Program-made: the position numbers and the translations under genes | Shown: piece after piece, positions 1 to 7,056 of the stretch | Layout: every line of letters begins with the position of its first letter | How positions within the stretch are numbered: position 1 is the first letter of the stretch | Notes under the pieces: model-generated | What the model was told of the DNA's origin: nothing | Database searches by the model: none | What the model saw: the letters and a program-made list of their open reading frames with translations, nothing else | Source: a virus | Reading direction: 5' to 3' (one strand) | DNA: 64,000 nt | Virus record (IMG/VR): IMGVR_UViG_3300027740_000183 | Location: 73,152-137,151 of that record

Positions 1-46
1 TTTAATGCCTCTGTAGCTATTAGATTTTTTCGATACCGAATAAGCT

Positions 47-331
47 CTAGTCAATGCTAAGATGCGCAGCTTTTCGCGCCTCAATGCGCTTAAGCCGTGC
101 TTTGACTGACTTTTCAATAAAATAGCGACGATTTCGCACCTCTTTGAGTACACCTTCTTCGTTCAATTTGCGCTTCAGCACTTTAACGGCTTTGTCTACT
201 TCCTTACCGTCATATTTGGTAAGAATTACCTCTATTGGTTTACAAGTCACTACAGGTAATGATTGAAACCACTCTTTGCTAAGAGGTTTTACTGTTTTTG
301 CTGCTTGATTATTTCTACTGTTATATGCCAT
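47..331 (-). CDS. rpsU: 30S ribosomal protein bS21, phage-encoded, with N-terminal extension
   Basis: Segment VDKAVKVLKRKLNEEGVLKEVRNRRYFIEKSVKARLKR fits the bS21 pattern (AL+xLK++...EGI..E.+.R.YY.KPS..R); AGGAG RBS upstream. Confidence 0.85.
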   Translation of the reverse strand: MAYNSRNNQAAKTVKPLSKEWFQSLPVVTCKPIEVILTKYDGKEVDKAVKVLKRKLNEEGVLKEVRNRRYFIEKSVKARLKRIEARKAAHLSID

Positions 332-367
332 TATTCTTCTACAATCTCCTTTGGTTTGTTATATTTA

Positions 368-958
368 TTATTCACACCCTAATGTTTTTAGGTATTCTAC
401 AACTTCTAAATGACCATTGTGACACGCATCCTTGATAGCGTAATTGTTATTAACTCTGGGATCACAACCAAGACTGGCTAGGTACTTAACTGTTTCCAGA
501 TGACCACTCAAAGACGCTCCCTGGATAGCGGAGTCACCCGCAGCGCGTGGATCACAGCCTATACTTACTAAGTACTTGACTATTTCTAACTTGCCTTTCT
601 TAGCTGCCCAATAGATAGCAAAGTCGTCAGCAACGTGAGGGTTACAACCGTCTGCTACTAGTTCTTTGATTACATCTAGTGTGATTTCTCTTCGTTCCTT
701 TAGTATAACTTGATGTGCTTTGTATTTTACAGGTGTGCCTGGATTGGTGTAAATTTCCTCCCCTTCTGGTACAATAACTTCTCTTATCCAAGGTCCACGA
801 TGGAGAAAAGCTAGGATGTCCACAGAAGCGAAGTAAATACCCCCAGGTTCACAGTTATCATGGGGATAGAAGGGTACAGGATCCACGTTTAATCCATCAT
901 GGTATTGTAATCCTTTGTGAGTTTCTTGCTCATTGGTTATTTTGTAATACTTTGTCAT
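368..958 (-). CDS. Ankyrin repeat protein
   Basis: Three ~30-aa repeats (AIYWAAKKGKLEIVKYLVSIG, AIQGASLSGHLETVKYLASLG, AIKDACHNGHLEVVEYLKTLG). Confidence 0.9.
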   Translation of the reverse strand: MTKYYKITNEQETHKGLQYHDGLNVDPVPFYPHDNCEPGGIYFASVDILAFLHRGPWIREVIVPEGEEIYTNPGTPVKYKAHQVILKERREITLDVIKELVADGCNPHVADDFAIYWAAKKGKLEIVKYLVSIGCDPRAAGDSAIQGASLSGHLETVKYLASLGCDPRVNNNYAIKDACHNGHLEVVEYLKTLGCE

Positions 959-1003
959 TATAGTTCTCCTTTGGTTTGTTATTTTTTATTATTTTTCTTT
1001 AAT

Positions 1004-1034
1004 TCACAATCTGTAAGGTGCTAGGATACCTTTT
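1004..1034 (-). promoter_or_regulatory. 31-nt 5'-leader repeat / putative pseudoknot, copy 1
   Basis: AAAAGGTATCCTAGCACCTTACAGATTGTGA, upstream of the ankyrin gene. Confidence 0.7.
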
Positions 1035-1068
1035 AATCCCTTTTACAATTTTTAATAATTTGTAACAA

Positions 1069-2186
1069 TTATTTCCTGCACTTTATTTCTTTTTCAATAG
1101 AAAAGCAAGCAAACCACTTATCGTTTTCTCGTTTAACGATTACAGATTTTATTTTTCCTTCAAAGGGGTTATGACTGCCTAATTTAATCCATCCTATTTT
1201 ATTTATCGTCACGAAGTAGTCTTTTAGCCTTACACGGAGTGCAAGGCATAAGCGGACTACCAAACTTGCTTAAAACGTACACTAACATAAAGTGTACCCC
1301 TCTGAGCACGGGTTGTGAGTAAAACCGTAAGCAAAGGTCTTACAGTCTTTCCTACTTCCTCTCGACCAGATATAGCTAGGTTTAACGGTACTTGCACCGA
1401 AACTCCTCTCATCTCTTTTAACAAGTACCCGTAGAGCAGTGGACTGAGGCGGCATCCATTGGTACCTAATTTCTAGCCTATCGTTTACTAGCGTTATCAT
1501 TATTACTAACTTATCCTTTCCCTAGTGGTCTGGTGAAGTAGCTTCCTACTCGCGTGTGGTAACACACGCTTTGGGAAGCCCCGAGATCTTTAGTCTCGGG
1601 GAGGCTTCACATACAGTTTATTTTTAGAGATATTCCAACTATCAGGATGTGGTATAGAAAAGCTGTCATAGCGATCCTTTCCTTTAAATCTAGGATACCC
1701 ACCTTTACCTTTGTTCTTAGTTATATATCTAAAAAAGTTTTGAAATGTTTTTTCTGCTTTAACAGGTATATTTCTAACAATTTGGCTGTCTACAGCACCA
1801 TATTCTTCCCAAATTTTATTAAATCCCTTTAGTTCTTTACATTGATCATATTTATTAATTTTAATTCCTTGTTTTCGGTAAGCATCTCTACGCTCTTGTA
1901 TGCAAGCATTATATAATTCTCTACATATGTTTAGTGTTTTATCTAGTTTTATTTTCTGTAATTCGTTAGGAAATAGAGGTAATTTAATTGTTCGTATAAC
2001 AGTTTTAGCTTTAGTTACACCTATAGTTTTTTCAATAAAAATAACGGTATTTATATACCAACTTGGTTTTTTACAAATTAGTTCATCGTGTTCCCCAAGC
2101 AAGGTGTCAATATTAGAAGAGGACCACCCACGATTTTGTAACTGTTTCCTGTTAAAATATACAGGTATTTTTTTAATTTTTGTCAT
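1069..2186 (-). pseudogene. tnpB: RuvC-less TnpB derivative (N-terminal extra domain + HTH_OrfB/WED-REC), interrupted by an IscB omegaRNA mini-element
   Basis: 1611-2186 encodes RTIKLPLFPN..Q...LDKTLNICRELYN...AFQNFF-like...GYPRFK; 1069-1206 encodes INKIGWIKL...EGKIKSVIVKRENDKWFACFS. Removing 1207-1610 gives in-frame KLY|INKIGW. The ORF stops before the RuvC-I GID motif. Confidence 0.8.
1207..1610 (-). mobile_element. Non-autonomous IscB element: omegaRNA/HEARO scaffold + PLMP stub
   Basis: Starts GTGAAGCCTCCCCGAGACTAAAGATCTCGGGG (IS200/605 end hairpin); contains omegaRNA-like ACCAGAC, GGATGCCGCCTCAGTCC..GCTCT and GTCGAG motifs; followed by ORF 1199-1288 MLVYVLSKFGSPLMPCTPCKAKRLLRDDK*; ATAAA lies immediately 3'. 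Confidence 0.85.
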
Positions 2187-2315
2187 GAATTAATAAACGC
2201 AATACTATTTTACAACTAACTCTCTAAAAAGTAAAAATTATTTGCAGATTTAATTGGTTTGCTTACCGTCTATACGGTAAAGGATTTCTTTAATGGGCAT
2301 TTTACTGCACTCTGT

Positions 2316-2897
2316 TTAATCTTTGTCTGGTGCATTTATCTCTAAAATTTTTGTTAAACTTTCTTCTATGTCCACCCCATCTATTTCATTACCCAAACAA
2401 GTCCAGCCGTCTATTTTTTCTCTAGCAAATAATTCTATACGAGGAAGATCTCCAACAAGCTGTACTATTTTTTCTCTAACCTCATTAGGTTTTTTCGAAT
2501 GTTTCTCAATTGGTGTATCAATTACAGAATGAATACCGGCATTTATTCGTCTAGGTTTACCTTTAGTGGCTAATAAACACAATTCTGAATTAGCACGAGT
2601 CCAATTCCCCATCCCCCAAAACCAGCTATTTGCTTTCTTGTTTCGTTTCACCCAAGTAAAAGCTACTGTTTTATATTCAAATCCCCATTTTTGTATTAAT
2701 GAAAAGCTTTCATTAAGTTTTGGCATTGTCGCCCAAAGAAATAGTATGCAATCTTTTTCCGTTATAGCAGAAATTGGTAATTTTTCTAACCAATCTTGGC
2801 TTTGGACTATATATTTACAACCTGCTCCTCGATTTCCCGCTAAAGCTTTATCTTTATAACTCCACGGGGGATCTGCGTATATAATATTATATTTCAT
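2316..2897 (-). CDS. MT-A70 family adenine methyltransferase
   Basis: IIYADPPW catalytic motif, LFLWAT, GFEYKT, HSKKP, RIELFAR. Confidence 0.92.
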   Translation of the reverse strand: MKYNIIYADPPWSYKDKALAGNRGAGCKYIVQSQDWLEKLPISAITEKDCILFLWATMPKLNESFSLIQKWGFEYKTVAFTWVKRNKKANSWFWGMGNWTRANSELCLLATKGKPRRINAGIHSVIDTPIEKHSKKPNEVREKIVQLVGDLPRIELFAREKIDGWTCLGNEIDGVDIEESLTKILEINAPDKD

Positions 2898-3152
2898 AAT
2901 TTATCTTTTATAGTCGACATTTCACCACACCCTATTTAATTTTCCTTTAGCACATTTATTTTTAAAATTTTGGTCATATGTTAATGGTACGTAATTTATA
3001 ATACTAAATAACCTAGTTATATTATACTTAGTTGAATCGTACTTAGTTGGTACGTACCTAAACTGCACAAATTCATCATAGTCAGGTAATTCTGTTGAAG
3101 TAGACAACTTGTTAGTGTAATTAGTTGATATTTTTAGTAGATAATTCATTAG

Positions 3153-3190
3153 CTCCTGAGGTAGGATTCGAACCTACAACCCATCGGTTA
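3153..3190 (-). pseudogene. 3' half of a tRNA (Asn-like); 5' half absent
   Basis: TAA CCGAT GGGTT GTAGG TTCGAAT CCTAC CTCAGGA G: perfect T arm and acceptor 3' strand. It begins at the HNH stop codon. Confidence 0.75.
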
Positions 3191-3565
3191 CTTTTTATGT
3201 TGGTAGTATACTTGATGGCTTCTACAACAAAAGAAATTTATTTGTCCATTCTTTTTACGAAAATTTACATTACGAGCATCTCGTCTAAAGATTACGCCAC
3301 ACCAAGCACAGGTTAACATTATTATTTCTGCAGGATGTTCTTTATTATGCTCAAGTGTATGTTGTGCCCATTCTTTTTCTTCTAAATTTTCAAATCTATC
3401 ATCAAATGTATTTTTATTTTTATGATGTATTACACACCTTTTACTAGCAATATTACCGGTATTTTTCCACCATACATAATGATGTTCAAATACATACTTA
3501 TTTCTATATTTTTTACCTGGATATTCTATAGGTGCTTTTATTAGGATATAATTGCCATTCTTCAT
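3188..3565 (-). CDS. HNH homing endonuclease (HNH_3 type) with C-terminal Zn finger
   Basis: YVFEHHYVW, VIHHKNKNTFDDRFENL, CAWCG...FCCRSH. Confidence 0.9.
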   Translation of the reverse strand: MKNGNYILIKAPIEYPGKKYRNKYVFEHHYVWWKNTGNIASKRCVIHHKNKNTFDDRFENLEEKEWAQHTLEHNKEHPAEIIMLTCAWCGVIFRRDARNVNFRKKNGQINFFCCRSHQVYYQHKK

Positions 3566-3587
3566 AATTTTACATAGCTTTTTCTCT

Positions 3588-3615
3588 ATTGTAACACTTC
3601 TAACAAATTTGTCAA
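3588..3615 (-). promoter_or_regulatory. sigma70-type promoter
   Basis: TTGACA-16 nt-TACAAT with extended TG, upstream of the HNH gene. Confidence 0.75.
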
Positions 3616-3616
3616 G

Positions 3617-4117
3617 CTAAATAATAGGTACAGGTATTGCTGCTCCTGGTGGAATAGTTACCAGAATTGTCCAACTTTGTAAGTAATTTGTTATAGCATC
3701 GGCTATTTGGTTCGCATTTTGATAATAAGCGGTTGCAGCAGTTCCTGCTAAAAAAATAGGCAACAAAGTTGCCGTTAGTGCTCCTGGTAAAGAGGTCCCA
3801 CCAGGTATAGGTGGTGGGGTAACGAATGGGGGTGGTACTATTATAAATAGAGTAGACAGTACCATTTGGGAACAAGCGGCTTCGAAAGCAGAAGCTGCTA
3901 TTTGTTCCGTACCTATTTTTCCTGGAGCTAATGGTGCGAACCCAGCATAGGTCGAGTTAGGAGGTACAACACAAGGAGTGGGATATCCAGTAACTACAGC
4001 ATTTTGCCATAACGTTTGGATCAAATCTCCAGTTTGAAAAATAGTAGATGTAGGTACAGGGCTTTTCCACAAATTTATCAACGCTTGTTTAAATACTGGT
4101 ATGTTTGGTGCAAGCAT
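3617..4117 (-). CDS. Hypothetical Pro/Ala-rich protein, possibly baseplate-associated
   Basis: 166-aa ORF downstream of the spike gene in the same operon; composition typical of virion proteins. Confidence 0.45.
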   Translation of the reverse strand: MLAPNIPVFKQALINLWKSPVPTSTIFQTGDLIQTLWQNAVVTGYPTPCVVPPNSTYAGFAPLAPGKIGTEQIAASAFEAACSQMVLSTLFIIVPPPFVTPPPIPGGTSLPGALTATLLPIFLAGTAATAYYQNANQIADAITNYLQSWTILVTIPPGAAIPVPII

Positions 4118-4119
4118 GG

Positions 4120-4449
4120 TTATAGGTTAAAAATATGTGCAATGATGGATTTAATAACATCTATTTGTTTCTTAGTTTTTTCTAAAAGCTCTTTGTCGTT
4201 ATTGTCTCTAGTGATGTTTTTGGTATTTTTTATTGTTTCAAGCATTGCTTTGTTGTAGGTATCTCTAAGTTTTGCTTTTTCTTCTTTAGATACACATGCT
4301 GCTTCTAATTTTCTATAGACTTTATAAAGTACATTATACACTGCTTTTTTGGTATTTTCACTTTTATCACTACCCGCATCTGTACTCATAACAACATCGG
4401 TAAATTGTCTTATTGTGTCGTACTCTTCTTTCGAGATAGGTGTAGGCTG
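4120..4449 (-). CDS. Hypothetical protein, tandem paralog of 4452-4793
   Basis: PISKEEYDTIRQFTD...YRKLEAACVSKEEK aligns with PISREEYARIHLLTD...YRKIESACIPREEK; start probably at MQPTP. Confidence 0.65.
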   Translation of the reverse strand, partial: QPTPISKEEYDTIRQFTDVVMSTDAGSDKSENTKKAVYNVLYKVYRKLEAACVSKEEKAKLRDTYNKAMLETIKNTKNITRDNNDKELLEKTKKQIDVIKSIIAHIFNL

Positions 4450-4451
4450 CA

Positions 4452-4793
4452 TTATTGTAATGAATTTATGTGTGTGATTAATACTCTTATGGAATCCACA
4501 CATTTTTCGGTTTCAAGAAATAGGTCTTTCTCCCAATTTTTCTCATCCATTATCTTTATTTTATCTATAACGTCATTCATCAAAGTGTTGAAATTAAACC
4601 TTACCTCGTCTTTTTCTTCCCTGGGGATACAAGCAGATTCTATTTTACGGTATGTGTTGTAAAGAAGATTGAAAATTGTATTTCTAATATCATTATCGTC
4701 TGCTTCCACAATACCAAATAAAATGATATCGGTAAGCAAGTGTATTCTTGCATACTCCTCTCTGCTTATGGGTTTGTACGGAGGAGAAAGCAT
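4452..4793 (-). CDS. Hypothetical protein, tandem paralog of 4120-4449
   Basis: See paralog; translationally coupled to neighbours. Confidence 0.65.
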   Translation of the reverse strand: MLSPPYKPISREEYARIHLLTDIILFGIVEADDNDIRNTIFNLLYNTYRKIESACIPREEKDEVRFNFNTLMNDVIDKIKIMDEKNWEKDLFLETEKCVDSIRVLITHINSLQ

Positions 4794-5281
4794 TATTTGG
4801 AAGAAAGTCCAGTACCAATTTTTATATATTTTTTGTTTTTGTGATGCTTAAAATTATAATATATAGCCTCAAATTCGTACAAATAATGAAATTCATTATT
4901 TACATAACTAATAGTAAGATTGAAAGAATTTCCGACCCATAGATATTTGTGTAAAAATTCTGGTATTTTCTTTATGCTAAGCCATGCTATTGCCTCTTCC
5001 CCTTCGGAAGAAACAGTATAAAGATGCAAATATCCGTCTTCTTCAATGGCTTCAATGAGGCACTCAAATGTTTCTTTAGCAATATTTTTACTAAACAGCG
5101 GTTGTAACTTGGGCACAGTAGCATCAAGATCTTTACCAACCATTTCCCAATCGTTTTCCGATGCTTTTTGATCCTCTGTTTCCACACCAAGCTCTTCTAG
5201 GCTAATTGGTGCAGGGCATATATTTAAAATACGACCCACTCCTTTTAAAAAGGATTTAAAATTTCTTTTAAAGTTCAGCAT
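4793..5281 (-). CDS. Hypothetical protein
   Basis: 162-aa ORF coupled (TAATG) to flanking genes. Confidence 0.55.
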   Translation of the reverse strand: MLNFKRNFKSFLKGVGRILNICPAPISLEELGVETEDQKASENDWEMVGKDLDATVPKLQPLFSKNIAKETFECLIEAIEEDGYLHLYTVSSEGEEAIAWLSIKKIPEFLHKYLWVGNSFNLTISYVNNEFHYLYEFEAIYYNFKHHKNKKYIKIGTGLSSK

Positions 5282-6501
5282 TACTTAACCATTCCCGTTT
5301 TACTAAGTATTGTAGGTAGCGTTGAAATATTTATTGGGGGAGAAGTTGTGCCTGTTGCAGAACTGTGGGTATGTGCAGTAAGCCATTTTATTAGATCTTC
5401 TCCACGAACTAAATGATTATCTGCTCCTTTCACTAACTTTACTGCTACCGTGTTCGCATTAAATAGTGGTCCTGTCACTTCCATCTTACCCAATATGTCA
5501 ATAACTACATTTCGTAACGCGGAAATTAACACGTCTTTGCCCACAGTTATATCAATACTAGTAGTGGGGAAATTACCTATAAAGCCTTTAGTCGCAGTAA
5601 TTGGCAAAGTTAACGTAACGTTACCATTTTCGTCCACTTCGGTAATTGTAGCTGTTTTTAACGTAGTTCCATATTTTACCCTACTTCTCAATGGATTCCC
5701 AGTCACATCGGAATTAAGTATTGTCCCATCGTCTCCAATAACATTACCTTCTCTACGATCTACAAGAGGAAATCCTGTCTTGTCTTTAAGAACCATTAAG
5801 TGTTCTTTAGCGTAGTCTACGTTACCTGTAGCACTAGCTACTGCAGCTCCTGCGGCGCCTCCAGCTGGCGCAACTTTGACGATGTCACTAATGGTAGGGT
5901 CTGTGACAACAGACTTAGACAGCGCGTTAGGACGTCTTACTACCCCAAACCTCTCTTCATCACCAACCTGCTGTCTCTTGTTCCCCATCACAGCTCTTAC
6001 ATGTGTGGGAGCCCTGCTCTGTGCCTCAAGGTCATAAGCCGATAGGGTTAAAGAGACAGATCCTCCACGAAGCTCTAAATTACCATTTTTGGAATAGAAA
6101 GAGCCCGCTATTCCGTTAGACATTATGTCTACTTCGCCTTCTTGTAACCTTCTTTGATAAAACTTGTCTTTTTCTGTGGCTTGTATTGCTGGTATATCTT
6201 TAGAGGAATCAAGAGATGGGTTTCTTAGATATGCTTGTATGTAAGGCTCTCCGTCTTCTCCTTTAGACCCCACTACGATGGTAGACATAGATTCTGGCAT
6301 CACCCTTATCCAACTATTTGGTCCTATATAAGGATGTGTAACCGGCATTACAGATCCACCAGAAGCACTTACATAATTTACCTTTTCTGTCGTGCCATCA
6401 GTACTGGTTATTATGGAGCTGGCAGACTTGTGGGCAAGGTAATCCCCCTTGCCCCTAGAATCCGCTACACGAGTTTTAATTGAACCTGGTGATCTTGGCA
6501 T
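5281..6501 (-). CDS. Baseplate central spike protein (gp5/gpV-like)
   Basis: N-terminal OB-fold-like region, beta-strand-rich C-terminus ending in the HxH metal-binding tip motif LTAHTHSSATG. Confidence 0.7.
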   Translation of the reverse strand: MPRSPGSIKTRVADSRGKGDYLAHKSASSIITSTDGTTEKVNYVSASGGSVMPVTHPYIGPNSWIRVMPESMSTIVVGSKGEDGEPYIQAYLRNPSLDSSKDIPAIQATEKDKFYQRRLQEGEVDIMSNGIAGSFYSKNGNLELRGGSVSLTLSAYDLEAQSRAPTHVRAVMGNKRQQVGDEERFGVVRRPNALSKSVVTDPTISDIVKVAPAGGAAGAAVASATGNVDYAKEHLMVLKDKTGFPLVDRREGNVIGDDGTILNSDVTGNPLRSRVKYGTTLKTATITEVDENGNVTLTLPITATKGFIGNFPTTSIDITVGKDVLISALRNVVIDILGKMEVTGPLFNANTVAVKLVKGADNHLVRGEDLIKWLTAHTHSSATGTTSPPINISTLPTILSKTGMVK

Positions 6502-6515
6502 TTAATGTCCGTCCG

Positions 6516-6546
6516 TCCCAGTCTATAAGGTGTTGGGATACCTTTT
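6516..6546 (-). promoter_or_regulatory. 31-nt 5'-leader repeat / putative pseudoknot, copy 2
   Basis: AAAAGGTATCCCAACACCTTATAGACTGGGA, 5 nt after the -10 box of promoter 6552-6579 and 14 nt before the spike ATG. Confidence 0.75.
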
Positions 6547-6551
6547 AATTT

Positions 6552-6579
6552 ATTTTACAACTTTTTTAAAAATTGTCAA
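6552..6579 (-). promoter_or_regulatory. sigma70-type promoter
   Basis: TTGACA-16 nt-TAAAAT. Confidence 0.75.
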
Positions 6580-6596
6580 CCTATTTTTGAAGCCAG

Positions 6597-6667
6597 ACCC
6601 CGGAGTGGGGATTGCACCCACTTAACAAACATACGATTTTGCCGTCCTACTAATAGACGATCCGGGG
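6597..6667 (-). tRNA. Atypical tRNA-like element, 8-nt anticodon loop, identity undetermined
   Basis: Acceptor CCCCGGA/TCCGGGG, D stem GTCT/GGAC, anticodon stem GCAAA/TTTGT with loop ATCGTATG, T arm GTGGG-TGCAATC-CCCAC; D loop lacks GG. Confidence 0.6.
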
Positions 6668-6714
6668 ATCACGTGGGTGGTTTCAGTGGTTCACCACCAA
6701 CCGGTTCATTATTT

Positions 6715-6742
6715 ATTTTACAACTTTTTTAGACTTTGTCAA
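6715..6742 (-). promoter_or_regulatory. sigma70-type promoter driving the tRNA-like RNA
   Basis: TTGACA-16 nt-TAAAAT. Confidence 0.7.
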
Positions 6743-6795
6743 CCTATTTTTAGTTATTTGTCCGTTACTTTGCAATTTTCGTCAAGGTAATACTT

Positions 6796-6972
6796 GTGAA
6801 TATCCACCCAGGGCATCGCCCTGGGCTTCTAATACCTTCACTTTCGCTCCGGTACTAGTGGTTAACGCTTCAACGAGAATGCTTAGTAACAAACCCTTCT
6901 TTCTTACTAAGACTTAACTTCTCTCCACGTCCTATTCGCACTTTACAGTACAGTTCCGGTGTAACCCATACA
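6796..6972 (-). ncRNA. Stand-alone TnpB omegaRNA (reRNA) / IS200-IS605 right end
   Basis: GGAACTG...GTGGAGAGAAGTTAAGTC...CTCGTTGAAGCG...GAAGCCCAGGGCGATGCCCTGGGTGGATATTCAC; no tnpB upstream; promoter at 7029-7056. 5' boundary approximate. Confidence 0.75.
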
Positions 6973-7028
6973 TAATTTTTTTTCATTGTAATTTCCTTCC
7001 TAGTTGTCTGTTACTTGTCTAATTTTTT

Positions 7029-7056
7029 ATTGTAGCACTACCAAAATAGTTGTCAA
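7029..7056 (-). promoter_or_regulatory. sigma70-type promoter upstream of the omegaRNA
   Basis: TTGACA-16 nt-TACAAT with TGn extension. Confidence 0.7.

Noticed and set aside
1207-1610. Group I/II intron (IStron) in tnpB
   Set aside because: No GUGYG 5' end, domain V or group I core seen; the sequence is explained as an IscB omegaRNA plus PLMP stub.
2263-2290. Hairpin TTACCGT-ATAG-ACGGTAA upstream of the truncated tnpB as an IS left end
   Set aside because: Plausible, but could equally be a terminator; no matching right end found, so not called.
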